Shown piece by piece: positions 10,877 through 20,394 of a DNA stretch of 64,000 nucleotides; position 1 is the stretch's first letter; every line of letters starts with the position of its first letter. Origin of the DNA: Gammaproteobacteria bacterium (lineage in GTDB: Bacteria; Pseudomonadota; Gammaproteobacteria; Steroidobacterales; Steroidobacteraceae); the NCBI GenBank assembly GCA_037441085.1, contig JBBISV010000003.1, positions 695 to 64,694 of the forward strand, in the 5' to 3' direction. Under the pieces are notes generated by a model. The model was not told where the DNA came from, made no database searches, and worked only from the letters and a program-made list of their open reading frames with translations. Position numbers and translations under genes: made by a program.

Positions 10877-12697
10877 ATGGACACCAATTCCGATACCCGA
10901 GCCTTTCCGCTGCCGAGTTCGATCGCGGTCATCCCCGGCACGGAGCGCGCGCAGGCCGCTTATCCGTACACGATCCAGTTCGACGCCGCCGACGACGAGC
11001 GCTTCTGGTTCTACAACTCGATGCACTTCCCGGAGCCGATGTCCTGTTTCGACATGGTGACGGCCGAGGCCGCGTACTGCGCGCTCGGCGCCGCCAACAC
11101 GCGGGTCCATTGCCTCCCGACCACCCTCGGCATCGACCACCGGATCATCAACGGCCGGGTGTACATCGGCGGCAACGCCGTCACCGATCCTGAGGAGGTG
11201 GCCCGCCGCACCGGGGAATTCCAGAAACGCGCGTTCTACTACTACGAGAACTGGGAACCGTTGTACGCGGCCTGGAAACAGAAGATGCTCGCGCTTATTC
11301 ACGAAGCCGAAGCGCTGCCCAAGCCGCAGCTGCCGGAATTCGAACCCTTGGAAAACGTGCTCGCCGGCCGCGGCATTGCGTCCAATCACCGGCTCCTCGA
11401 GATCTATCAGAAGACGCTCGAGGGATATTTTCGGATGTGGCACCACCACTTCGAATTCCTGCTGCTGGGCTATGGCGCCTACCTCACCTTCTTCGCGTTC
11501 TGCAAGCGCGCCTTTCCCGAGATCTCGGATCAGACGGTCGCGAGAATGGTCGCGGGCATCGAAGCGGAGATCTTCCGACCGGACGAAGAACTGCGGCGCC
11601 TCGCGCGGCGCGCCGTCGAACTGCGCGTGGATCATGCGTTTCGCGACGGCGTCGGCGCCGACGCGGTGATTCGCTCGCTCGAGCAAGCCGGCCCACCCGG
11701 CGCGGAGTGGCTGCGGGAACTCGCCGTCTCGCGGGATCCGTGGTTCAACATCAACGTCGGCGACGGCTTCTACCATCACCACCGCTCCTGGAACGACGAC
11801 CTGTCGATGCCGTTCGCCGGACTGCCCGGGTACATCGAACGCGTGAAGGCCGGCGAATCCCTGCACCGGCCGTTCGAGCAACTCCAGGAAGAGCGCAGCC
11901 GCCTGATCGCCGATTACCGCGAACTGCTCGGCACCGACGAAGAACGCGCCGCTTACGACCAGATGATCAGCCTGGCGCATCGCGTATTCCCTTACGTCGA
12001 GGGCCACAAGTTCTATTGCGAGCATTGGTATACGAATCTGTTCTTCAACAAGATCCGCGAGTTCGGCGCATTGCTCGCCGAAAACCGCTTTTTTTCGGAT
12101 GCCGAGGACGTATTCCATCTGACCCACTACGAACTCGAGACGGCGATCATCGACCTGATGAACGCCTGGTCGACCGGCTCGGCGCCGCGCGGGCCTGCGC
12201 ACTGGCCGGCACTCGTCGCCGAGCGCCGCGCGGCGCTCGGCGTGTGGGCCGGGCGGCCGACCCCGCCTGCCCTCGGACCCGTGCCGGCGGTGATCGACGA
12301 TCCGGCGATCGTCATGCTCTGGGGCATTACGCGCGAGAGCCTCGACTCCTGGCTGCGGGCCGAAGACGAGGGCCCGAGCGACGAGATCCGTGGCTTTGCC
12401 GCATCCGCCGGCGTCGTCGAGGGCACCGCACGGGTGGTCAAATCGGTCGAGGACATCGGGCGGCTGCGCAATGGCGACATCCTGGTCTGTCAGATCACGA
12501 ATCCAACCTGGGCGCCGATCTTCCAGAAGATCGCCGGGGCGGTCTCGGACATCGGCGGTTCGATGAGTCACGCGGCGATCGTCGCGCGTGAGTACGGACT
12601 GCCGGCCGTGGTCGGCACGGGCAACGCAACCTCGCGCATCGAGGATGGCCGGCGCATCCGCATCGACGGCAGCCGCGGCATCGTGACGCTGTTATGA
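10877..12697 (+). CDS. PpsA-like subunit of a phenol-group kinase (C-terminal PEP-utilising mobile domain); AcvA/HpeH-type candidate
   Basis: 606 aa from ATG 10877, with GGGAG 8 nt upstream. The C-terminus carries the swivelling phosphohistidine motif GGSMSHAAIVAREYGLPAVVGTG. The N-terminal roughly 480 aa are unlike PEP synthase, as in phenylphosphate synthase alpha subunits. Confidence 0.85.
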   Translation: MDTNSDTRAFPLPSSIAVIPGTERAQAAYPYTIQFDAADDERFWFYNSMHFPEPMSCFDMVTAEAAYCALGAANTRVHCLPTTLGIDHRIINGRVYIGGNAVTDPEEVARRTGEFQKRAFYYYENWEPLYAAWKQKMLALIHEAEALPKPQLPEFEPLENVLAGRGIASNHRLLEIYQKTLEGYFRMWHHHFEFLLLGYGAYLTFFAFCKRAFPEISDQTVARMVAGIEAEIFRPDEELRRLARRAVELRVDHAFRDGVGADAVIRSLEQAGPPGAEWLRELAVSRDPWFNINVGDGFYHHHRSWNDDLSMPFAGLPGYIERVKAGESLHRPFEQLQEERSRLIADYRELLGTDEERAAYDQMISLAHRVFPYVEGHKFYCEHWYTNLFFNKIREFGALLAENRFFSDAEDVFHLTHYELETAIIDLMNAWSTGSAPRGPAHWPALVAERRAALGVWAGRPTPPALGPVPAVIDDPAIVMLWGITRESLDSWLRAEDEGPSDEIRGFAASAGVVEGTARVVKSVEDIGRLRNGDILVCQITNPTWAPIFQKIAGAVSDIGGSMSHAAIVAREYGLPAVVGTGNATSRIEDGRRIRIDGSRGIVTLL

Positions 12698-12710
12698 GCC
12701 GCGCCTGCCG

Positions 12711-13754
12711 ATGAGCTGCATCAGCTGGTTCGCGGACCTGAGCCTGAAGGACCGCCCCCACGTCGGCGGCAAAGGAGGCAGTCTTGGTGAACTGCGGCGG
12801 GCCGCGGTCGCGGTCCCACCCGGATTCGTGGTCAGGACCGCGGCGTTCGAGCGCTTTGTCGGGACGCTGGACGCCGATGAGCCGGTGCGGGCCCGGATCG
12901 AGGCGCTGAACGCCGACGACCTGCCGGCGATCGCCGCCTGTTCGGCGGCGTTGCGCCGTCGCTTCGAACAAACCGCCCTCCCATCGGACGTCGTCGAGGA
13001 AATTCTCGAGGCGCACGCTGCGCTGGGCGGACCGCAGGGAGCGGCCGCCGTGGCGGTTCGCTCCTCGGCCACCGCCGAAGATGCGAACGACGCAAGTTTC
13101 GCCGGACTGCAGGACACTTACCTGTGGGTCAGAAGCGCGGCCGAAGTGTTGCGCAAGGTCCGCAGCTGCTGGGCGAGCCTGTACTCGGTCGAAGCGATGA
13201 CCTATCGCCGGAACCGCGGGCTCGCGGAGGACTCGATGGCGATGGCGGTGGTGGTGCAGGTCATGGTCGACGCGCGCACCGCCGGCGTGATGTTCACCCG
13301 CAGCCCGACGACCGGCGACCGATCGGTGATCACCATCGAGAGCTCATGGGGTCTCGGCTCGGCCGTGGTGGGCGGCGAGGTGACTCCGGATCGATGGGTC
13401 ATTCACAAGGTCACCGGCGAGATTTCGGCGCGGGACATCTCGGACAAGGCGATCCGCCATGCGCCGGCCCCCGACGGCGGCGTCGAGACCGTGCCCGTCG
13501 ATGACGGCGCGCGCCGTGCTCCCTGCCTGAGCGATATGGAACTGCGACGCCTGTGCGACATCGGACGCCGGGTGGAGCGTCACTACGGGCGTGCTCAGGA
13601 CATCGAATGGGCGATCGAACGGTCGGACGGCGAGCTGTTCTTGTTGCAGAGCCGGCCCGAGACCGTGTGGTCCGCCAGGGAGGCCGTGCCGGTCGCGCGC
13701 GCCGCCGACAACCCGATCAGCCATGTGATGTCGATCTTTGGAGGCCGCACTTGA
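12711..13754 (+). CDS. PpsB-like ATP-binding subunit (PEP/pyruvate-binding ATP-grasp domain only); AcvB/HpeI-type candidate
   Basis: 347 aa with the N-terminal motif DRPHVGGKGGSLGEL typical of the PPDK_N nucleotide-binding domain. It lacks its own mobile or PEP domains. It starts 13 nt after the upstream stop. Confidence 0.85.
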   Translation: MSCISWFADLSLKDRPHVGGKGGSLGELRRAAVAVPPGFVVRTAAFERFVGTLDADEPVRARIEALNADDLPAIAACSAALRRRFEQTALPSDVVEEILEAHAALGGPQGAAAVAVRSSATAEDANDASFAGLQDTYLWVRSAAEVLRKVRSCWASLYSVEAMTYRRNRGLAEDSMAMAVVVQVMVDARTAGVMFTRSPTTGDRSVITIESSWGLGSAVVGGEVTPDRWVIHKVTGEISARDISDKAIRHAPAPDGGVETVPVDDGARRAPCLSDMELRRLCDIGRRVERHYGRAQDIEWAIERSDGELFLLQSRPETVWSAREAVPVARAADNPISHVMSIFGGRT

Positions 13755-14227
13755 CTCTCACGGCGAAGGACGTCGAGGAAATCACGCGGCTGATCGAGGA
13801 GTCGAGCTTCGATGAACTGCAGCTCGAGATCGACGGCATGAAACTCAGCCTGCGGCGCCGCGGCGCCGCGGCATGCGAAGCGGGCATCGCGCCGGCACCG
13901 GCGCCCCCGCCCGAACCTGAGCGTGCGCGACCGCCCGACGCGCCGCCCACCGTGACTCCCGGCGCGACGGACGCCGATATCCGGGCGGTGCCCGCGCCGT
14001 TGCTCGGAACGTTCTATCGGGCCCCCAAACCGGGCGCGGCGCCGTTCATCGAAATAGGCTCCCAAGTGACGGCGGACACCGTCATCGGCATCATCGAGGT
14101 GATGAAGCTCATGAACAGCGTGCGCGCCGGCGAGAGCGGCACGGTCGTCGAGATTCCGGCGCAGGATGGCGCGCTGGTCGAGTACGGGGAGACGCTGCTG
14201 CGCGTCCGCAAGCCCGTCGACACATGA
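13751..14227 (+). CDS. biotin carboxyl carrier protein (BCCP)
   Basis: 158 aa from TTG 13751, which overlaps the upstream TGA 13752-13754. It has a Pro/Ala-rich linker and a C-terminal biotinyl domain with EVMKLMN (Lys codon 14105-14107). The listed ORF start 13553 lies inside the previous gene. Confidence 0.8.
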   Translation: MTLTAKDVEEITRLIEESSFDELQLEIDGMKLSLRRRGAAACEAGIAPAPAPPPEPERARPPDAPPTVTPGATDADIRAVPAPLLGTFYRAPKPGAAPFIEIGSQVTADTVIGIIEVMKLMNSVRAGESGTVVEIPAQDGALVEYGETLLRVRKPVDT

Positions 14228-15597
14228 CGATCGGACGAATCTTGATCGCCAATCGCGGCGAGATCGCCGCGCGGATCATCCGAACCTGCCGTGCGCTCGG
14301 CATCGAGACCGTGCTCGCGGTCTCCACCGCGGATCGAGATTCCGTGCCCGCGCGGCTCGCCGACCGCGCCGTGTGCATCGGGCCGGGCCGATCGATCGAC
14401 AGCTACCTCAAGGTGGGCACCATCGTGCAGGCCGCGCTCGGCGTGCGCGCCGATGCGGTCCATCCGGGTTATGGATTCCTGTCGGAGCGCGCGGAACTCG
14501 CCCGCAGCTGCGAGGAGCACGGGCTGGTTTTCATCGGACCGCCGGCCTCACAAATCGCGGCGGTCGGCGACAAGCTGCGGGCGAGGGCCGAGGCGCTCGC
14601 CGCGGATGTCCCCGTGGTCCCTGGCGGCCCGGTGGCCGGAGTCGATGCGGCGCTGCAGCTGGCCGAACGCATCGGCACGCCGCTTCTCGTCAAGGCGGTC
14701 GGGGGCGGCGGTGGGCGCGGCATGAAGCTCGTGGAGCGCATCGAGGATCTCCCCGGCGCCCTCTCCGTCGCGGCCGCCGAGGCGGGTGCGGCTTTCGGCG
14801 ACACCAGGCTGTATCTCGAACGCTTCGTGACCCGCGGTCGCCACGTCGAAGTCCAGGTGCTCGGCGACGGCCGCGGACACGTCGTCCACCTCGGCGAGCG
14901 CGACTGCTCGGTTCAGCGTCGCTACCAAAAGCTCATCGAGGAGACGCCGGCGCCCGGACTGTCCGATCCCTTCCGCCGGCGCATTCACGCCGCGGCGGTG
15001 CGTTACGCCGAGCGGCTCGACTACCGGGGCGCGGGGACGATCGAGTTCCTGGTCGACGCCCGGAGCGAGTCGTTCTATTTCCTCGAAATGAATGCGCGCA
15101 TCCAGGTCGAGCACCCCATCACCGAGATGGTCACCGGAATCGACCTCGTGGCGGCGCAGATCGCGATCGCCGCCGGCGACGGCCTGCCGCTCACTCAGTC
15201 CGATGTGGTTTCGCTCGGCTGTGCGCTCGAATGTCGCGTGAACGCCGAGGACCCCGCGCGCGACTTTATGCCGAGCCCGGGGCGGGTGGACGCGGTGCAT
15301 TGGCCGACGGGGGACGGGATTCGCGTCGATACGCACATCGAGGCCGGATCGACCGTCCCGCCGTTCTACGACTCCTTGATGGCCAAGATCGTCGCGCACG
15401 GTGCGGATCGGTCCGCCGCCCTCGGACGCCTGCTACGGGCGGTCGAAGACACCTGGGTTCTAGGGGTGACGACCACGTTGCCGCTGCATCACGGGATTCT
15501 CACCGACCCGGAATTTCTGGCGGGCGGCGTCGACACGGGATTCCTGCCCCGCCACCTCGATCGGGCCCGCGCGCCGACGGAGACGAATCGTGGCTGA
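14224..15597 (+). CDS. biotin carboxylase (AccC-like ATP-grasp)
   Basis: 457 aa starting with the canonical ILIANRGEIAARIIRTCRALGIETV. GGGGRGM and EMNARIQVEHPITE motifs are present. ATG 14224 overlaps the BCCP stop (ATGA). Confidence 0.9.
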   Translation: MTIGRILIANRGEIAARIIRTCRALGIETVLAVSTADRDSVPARLADRAVCIGPGRSIDSYLKVGTIVQAALGVRADAVHPGYGFLSERAELARSCEEHGLVFIGPPASQIAAVGDKLRARAEALAADVPVVPGGPVAGVDAALQLAERIGTPLLVKAVGGGGGRGMKLVERIEDLPGALSVAAAEAGAAFGDTRLYLERFVTRGRHVEVQVLGDGRGHVVHLGERDCSVQRRYQKLIEETPAPGLSDPFRRRIHAAAVRYAERLDYRGAGTIEFLVDARSESFYFLEMNARIQVEHPITEMVTGIDLVAAQIAIAAGDGLPLTQSDVVSLGCALECRVNAEDPARDFMPSPGRVDAVHWPTGDGIRVDTHIEAGSTVPPFYDSLMAKIVAHGADRSAALGRLLRAVEDTWVLGVTTTLPLHHGILTDPEFLAGGVDTGFLPRHLDRARAPTETNRG

Positions 15598-17074
15598 AGT
15601 TCGCCTGGTCGAAACCTCGCTGCGCGACGGCAACCAATGCGTGTGGGCCGCGCTCGGAATCGACACGGCGAGAACCCTCGCGATCGCCGCCGTGATGGAC
15701 CGCGTCGGCTTCGAGGCGATCGACTTCACGACGTCCACCCACATGGGCGTCGCGGTTCGCTACAAGCGGGAGGACCCCTGGGAGCGCATCCGCCTCATGG
15801 CGCAGGCCGCGCCGCGTACGCCGCTGCAGTTCATGTCGACGGGCTTCCGTTTCATCTCGTGGGAGACGGCCAGCCCGGAATTCATGGAACTGGCCTTTCG
15901 GACGCTGGCGCGCGCCGGCATCCGCCGCTTCTGTCTGGCCGATCCGATGAATGACGTGGACGCCAACATGGCTTGCGCGCGCATGATCAAGCGCGTCGGC
16001 GGTGAGCGGGTGATCGCCGCGCTCGTCTTCACGATCAGCCCGATCCACGACGACCGTTACTACGCCGAGCGGGCGCGGACACTCGCCGCGTGCCCGTACA
16101 TAGACGCGCTATACGTCAAGGACCCCGGCGGACTGCTGTCGCCGAAGCGCGCGGCCACGCTGTTGCCGGCGATCAAGGCGCAGATCGGCGCAAAGCCGCT
16201 GGAGTTGCACTCCCACTGCACGATCGGACTGGCCGAGCACGTGTACTTGGACGCCCCCGACTACGGCGTGAGCGCGCTGCAATGCGCCTCCGGCGCCGCG
16301 GCGGACGGAATCTCCAATCCGCCGTCGGGACGGACCGTCGCCAATTTGCGCGCGCTCGGTCACCGCGTCGACGTCGACACCGACGCGCTCGCCGAAGTCG
16401 AGCAGTATTTCACGCGTCTGGCCGTGGCCGAGGGCCTCCCCGCCGGCGCGCCTCAAGGATTCGATGCGCGCTATCAACATCACCAGCTCCCCGGCGGCAT
16501 GGTCGGCACCATGCGGCGGCACCTGCGCGAAAGTCGCGTCGCGCATCTCGAAAGCGCGGTCATCGAGGAGCTCGGACGCGTCCGTCAGGAACTCGGCTGG
16601 CCGATCGTGATGACTCCGTTCTCGCAAGTCCTGCTCACGCAGGCGGTCATGAACGTCACCGGCCGGGAGCGCTATTCAATCGTCCCGGACGAGCTCATCC
16701 GCTACGCGCTCGGCCGGTTCGGCCGGCCCACCGTGCCGATCGACGCCAAGGTGATGGAGCGGCTCGAGTCGATGCCGCGCATGCGCGAGCTCGCGGCGGA
16801 ACCGCCGATGGCATCCGTCGAGGCGCTGCGCAAACGGCTCGGCGCGAGCCTCTCGGACGAGGAATTCCTGCTGCGGGCGACGATGCCGCAGACTCAGGTG
16901 GACGCCATGCGGGCGGCGGGACCGGCGTCGCGGCACTACGACCCGTCGGCCCGGCCGGCGATCGAACTGATCCGCAGACTCGCGCTGCGACGCGACATCG
17001 AACACATCTCGATCGACAAGCCCGGATTTCGCCTGAGCCTGCGTCGATCATCCGCGGCGCAGGCGCCGCGCTGA
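15590..17074 (+). CDS. carboxyltransferase subunit, pyruvate carboxylase B / oxaloacetate decarboxylase alpha type (HMGL-like TIM barrel), without its own biotinyl domain
   Basis: 494 aa with the N-terminal LVETSLRDGNQ motif, HSHCTIGLA metal site and PYC_OADA-like middle region. GTG 15590 overlaps the biotin carboxylase 3' end by 8 nt. Confidence 0.85.
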   Translation: MAEVRLVETSLRDGNQCVWAALGIDTARTLAIAAVMDRVGFEAIDFTTSTHMGVAVRYKREDPWERIRLMAQAAPRTPLQFMSTGFRFISWETASPEFMELAFRTLARAGIRRFCLADPMNDVDANMACARMIKRVGGERVIAALVFTISPIHDDRYYAERARTLAACPYIDALYVKDPGGLLSPKRAATLLPAIKAQIGAKPLELHSHCTIGLAEHVYLDAPDYGVSALQCASGAAADGISNPPSGRTVANLRALGHRVDVDTDALAEVEQYFTRLAVAEGLPAGAPQGFDARYQHHQLPGGMVGTMRRHLRESRVAHLESAVIEELGRVRQELGWPIVMTPFSQVLLTQAVMNVTGRERYSIVPDELIRYALGRFGRPTVPIDAKVMERLESMPRMRELAAEPPMASVEALRKRLGASLSDEEFLLRATMPQTQVDAMRAAGPASRHYDPSARPAIELIRRLALRRDIEHISIDKPGFRLSLRRSSAAQAPR

Positions 17075-17085
17075 AGAGGCACGAC

Positions 17086-17910
17086 GTGCGCAATCCGACC
17101 GGAATCGCAGGCTTGATGTTCGACGTCGACGGCACCTTGCTGTTGAGCGACCGCGCGCTCAGCGGCTACGAACTGTTGCCGGGCGCCATCGAACTGCTCA
17201 CTGCGCTGCGCGAACGCGATTTTCCGTTCGTGCTGTTCACCAACGGCAGCCACTACCCGCCGGCCGAGCAGGCGGCGAAGCTGCGCGCGTCGGGACTCCC
17301 CGTCGAAGATGCGCAGATGCTCACGCCCTCCGTGGTGACCGCGGACCACATGATGCGGGCCGGGTCCAGGCGGACGCTCGTGCTGGGGACGCGCGGAGTC
17401 GGACACGCCCTCGAGGCTGCGGGAATCGAGACCGTCCACCCGGGCGAGGCCGGAGCGACGGAGGTGGACGCCGTTTATGTCGGATGGCATCCGGAATGCG
17501 GTATGAAGGACATCGAGGCGGCGGCGGCGGCAATCTGGGCCGGCGCCAAGCTGTACGCGGCATCCGACGTCCCCTTCTTCGCGACGCGGCACGGGCGCAC
17601 GATCGGCTACAGCTGCGCGATCGTCGGCGCGATCCGGCGGCTAACGGGTGCGCGAGCCATCGTGACCGGCAAGCCCTCGCTGTACGCTCTGCGCTTGGTG
17701 GCAAAGCGACTCGGCATTCCGATGCGACGCATCGCCGTGGTCGGTGACGATCCGATCGTCGAGGTCGTGATGGCGCACCGCGGAGGGGCGACCGCGCTGG
17801 CGGTGACCACGGGCATGACCACGCACGAGCAGTGGAGTCGCGAAACCGGCGTGCGCAAACCGCATCGCGTGCTCGGTGGCCTGTCCGAGGTGCTGGCCTT
17901 TCTGCCCTAG
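17086..17910 (+). CDS. HAD superfamily subfamily IIA phosphatase (NagD-like); AcvF/HpeD-type candidate
   Basis: Motif I is GLMFDVDGTLLL, followed by VTGKPS and VVGDD motifs. I chose GTG 17086, 11 nt after the upstream stop, so that a beta-strand precedes DxDG. ATG 17116 is the alternative start. Confidence 0.8.
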   Translation: MRNPTGIAGLMFDVDGTLLLSDRALSGYELLPGAIELLTALRERDFPFVLFTNGSHYPPAEQAAKLRASGLPVEDAQMLTPSVVTADHMMRAGSRRTLVLGTRGVGHALEAAGIETVHPGEAGATEVDAVYVGWHPECGMKDIEAAAAAIWAGAKLYAASDVPFFATRHGRTIGYSCAIVGAIRRLTGARAIVTGKPSLYALRLVAKRLGIPMRRIAVVGDDPIVEVVMAHRGGATALAVTTGMTTHEQWSRETGVRKPHRVLGGLSEVLAFLP

Positions 17911-18914
17911 TGCGCGGCGGGGTCGCGGTAAGCGAGGGGCGGGATTCCGTAAGCCTGGCGGAACCGGCGTGCGAAGTGGCTGGGATCGAGGAAGCCGCAG
18001 CGCGCCGCGATCTCAACGACCGGCAGCTCCCGCAGCCTGCCGTCGGCGAGCAATTCCCGCGCATGCTCGAGGCGCGCGCGCATCAACGCCTCGATGAAAC
18101 TGGTGCCGGCGGCCGCGAACGCATAATGCACGCTGCGCACCGAAATACGAAGTTCGGCGGCCACCTCGCGCGGCGTCAACCCGGGTTCCGCCAGCCGACC
18201 GTGGACGATGCGCATCAGCTGTTCGTACCGCGATCGTCCGGCGGAAATCGGCCGATCGGGCCGGATCGCCAACCGCAGCAGGGCACCAATGTGCTCCGCG
18301 ACCTCGATCAGGGGCAACGGCAGCCCATCTCCCGGATCGACGTCAAGACTGGCGATTGCGGCGCACAACGCGGCGCTCCAACCGCCGCCGGAAACCAGCC
18401 GGGGAACCGCCGACTCCGGCTCGTTCACGTGACGCCTCAACCAGTCGTCGGGAAGTTGCAGGACCAAAGAGCGGGTCGGCTCGGGACACTCGACCTCATA
18501 GGGCTCCGCGCCGTTGATCAGCACGCACTCCCCGGGATATAGCGCGGTGGCTCGCCCACGCTGCCCGATCCGTGCCCGCCCGGCGCGCAGTTGCATCAGC
18601 AGGAACGCCGCCTGCCGGGTACCGGCGATGTGGGCATTGGTTCGGCGCACACGCTGGGCGTCCGCACAAATCAGATTGACGGTGCCGGGTCCGAAGTCGA
18701 CCTGGTCGAGACTCGCATGGAAACCCAGACGCGGCGAGGAGTCGATTTCCAGCTCGAGGAACCGATCACAGACGGTGTCCACCCAATAGGACAAGGCCCG
18801 GCGGGGATCGATGCCGTCGGTCGACCAATGACGTGCTTGAGCGACAGATTGCAAACTTCCCCCGTCACGCAATCGCCTGCCTACGGGGTATGCTGCCTCG
18901 CCGCGCCGGATCAT
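17907..18914 (-). CDS. AraC family transcriptional regulator (FeaR-like N-terminal ligand domain)
   Basis: 335 aa from ATG 18914 (MIRRGEAAY). C-terminal HTH: LTPREVAAELRISVRSVHYAF ... FLDPSHFARRFRQAYGIPPLAYR. It is convergent with the HAD gene and the two share a CTAG stop overlap. The longer listed ORF would run into the next gene. Confidence 0.8.
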   Translation of the reverse strand: MIRRGEAAYPVGRRLRDGGSLQSVAQARHWSTDGIDPRRALSYWVDTVCDRFLELEIDSSPRLGFHASLDQVDFGPGTVNLICADAQRVRRTNAHIAGTRQAAFLLMQLRAGRARIGQRGRATALYPGECVLINGAEPYEVECPEPTRSLVLQLPDDWLRRHVNEPESAVPRLVSGGGWSAALCAAIASLDVDPGDGLPLPLIEVAEHIGALLRLAIRPDRPISAGRSRYEQLMRIVHGRLAEPGLTPREVAAELRISVRSVHYAFAAAGTSFIEALMRARLEHARELLADGRLRELPVVEIAARCGFLDPSHFARRFRQAYGIPPLAYRDPAAH

Positions 18915-18969
18915 GCAACTCCAGCCCGTCGAAGGCGCTGTCGACGTGAACGCAGAAGCGTTCGCATGA

Positions 18970-20394
18970 TCACGGCATATGATCGCCGCCCATCGCCACA
19001 TACCACTGCGCGGTGTCGAGATAGCGCTGCGCCGTGGCCCGGGCGTAGCCCAGACGCGCCTCGTGATAGATGCGCTGCGCGGCGAGCACCTGCAGATAGC
19101 TGCCGGCGCCGCCCGCATAGCCATCCTGCGCGAGCCGCAAGGACGCGCCCGCCGCATCGAGCGCGCGGCGCTGCGCGGCGACGAGCTCCGCATCATGGTC
19201 GAGTGCCTGCAGGACGTCGGCCACCTGATTGAAGGCGGTGAGCACGGTCTGACGGTACACGGCGAATTCGGCGCGGAACGCGGCGACCGCCGCCCGCCGT
19301 TGCGCCATCAGCGTTCCGCCGTGGAAGAGGGGCGCGCCCAAATTCGCGCCGAGCGTCCACAGTCCGCCCGTGCCATCGAACAGCGCACCCGCGGTCGCCG
19401 ACTGCCGTGACCAGGACGCGGAAATCGATATCTGGGGATACAGGTCGGCGGTGGCGATGCCGACGGCCGCGCTCGCCGCATGCAGCTGCGCTTCGGCCGC
19501 GCGAATGTCGGGTCTCGCGCGCACCAGCGCGGAGGGCACCACCACCGGCAGATCTGCGGGCAGGACGAGCGTGGTGAAGTCGAACGGCGGCGGCTGCCAG
19601 GTTCCGGCCGAGCGCCCGACCAACATCGCGAGCGCGTCGGCGGCGAGGACCCGCTGCTGACGCAGCGGCGGCAGCAAGGCCTCGTCGCCGGCGAGCTGGC
19701 TGCGTGCGCTCGCCAGATCGGCCGGCGCACCGATCCCGGCCCGGACCGACAACTCCACGAGCTCGACACCACGTCGGTCGGCGTCCAATACCGCTTCCGC
19801 CGCCACGCTCTGTTCGCGCGAGGCCGCCATCGCGATGGCCTGTGAGACGACATTGCCGGCCAGCGTGAGACGCGCCGCGTCGAGTTGCGCGCGCTGCACG
19901 TCGACCAGGGCGCCGCGCTGTTCGACCAGACGCCGGGAGCCGCCGAACACGTCCACACCATGGGCCACCGAGGCGCCGACGCTGTAGAGGTTGGACGTCC
20001 TCGCGCCCCCGATCGCGTTGTCACGGCCGCGGCTCGCCGCGGCGCCGAGATCCACCTGGGGATACAAGGCACCGCGCGCGGCGAGCACATATTGCCGCGC
20101 CTCGGCGAGCGTCGCGCGCGCCTGCTGCAGGGTGGGGCTGTCGGCGAGCGCCAGATCGACGGTTGCATCGAGCTGCGGCGAACGGAATTGCCGCCACCAT
20201 TGCGCGGCGACCGGCGCACCGACGCGGAATCTTTGTCGCGTGGCGCCCGCCCCGGCCGCGGGCGGCACCACCGGGTTCTGCGTATACCCTGTTTGAACCG
20301 GGCGGGCGGGCGGCGTGAAATTCGGGCTGGCCGCGCACGCGCCGAGGCCGAACGCGGCGAGCATCGCACCGGCGACCATCCGCCCCCTATTCAT
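18970..20394 (-). CDS. efflux outer membrane factor lipoprotein, NodT family
   Basis: 474 aa from ATG 20394 ([23 protein letters not shown], lipobox LGAC). The two OEP repeats are typical of NodT/OprM proteins. The start overlaps the macB stop (ATGAATAG). Confidence 0.9.
   Translation of the reverse strand: MNRGRMVAGAMLAAFGLGACAASPNFTPPARPVQTGYTQNPVVPPAAGAGATRQRFRVGAPVAAQWWRQFRSPQLDATVDLALADSPTLQQARATLAEARQYVLAARGALYPQVDLGAAASRGRDNAIGGARTSNLYSVGASVAHGVDVFGGSRRLVEQRGALVDVQRAQLDAARLTLAGNVVSQAIAMAASREQSVAAEAVLDADRRGVELVELSVRAGIGAPADLASARSQLAGDEALLPPLRQQRVLAADALAMLVGRSAGTWQPPPFDFTTLVLPADLPVVVPSALVRARPDIRAAEAQLHAASAAVGIATADLYPQISISASWSRQSATAGALFDGTGGLWTLGANLGAPLFHGGTLMAQRRAAVAAFRAEFAVYRQTVLTAFNQVADVLQALDHDAELVAAQRRALDAAGASLRLAQDGYAGGAGSYLQVLAAQRIYHEARLGYARATAQRYLDTAQWYVAMGGDHMP

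Noticed and set aside
10877-13754. Reading the two PEP-utilising proteins as PEP synthase, or as anaerobic phenylphosphate synthase for phenol degradation
   Set aside because: PEP synthase is a single chain with a C-terminal PEP/pyruvate TIM domain, which is absent here. No UbiD/UbiX-type phenylphosphate carboxylase genes are present. Instead a biotin carboxylase set and a phosphatase follow in the same operon.
13751-17074. Housekeeping acetyl-CoA carboxylase (accBC) or two-subunit pyruvate carboxylase
   Set aside because: The carboxyltransferase is HMGL-like with no AccA/AccD partner. The genes are translationally coupled to the kinase and phosphatase genes. The context points to a specialised ketone carboxylase, although pyruvate or 2-oxoglutarate carboxylase activity cannot be excluded without assays.
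17907-17910. Convergent gene pairs sharing a palindromic CTAG stop-stop overlap (also at 40048-40051)
   Set aside because: The overlap is real in the sequence but trivial. It only implies there is no room for intergenic terminators, and it is not evidence of a special mechanism.
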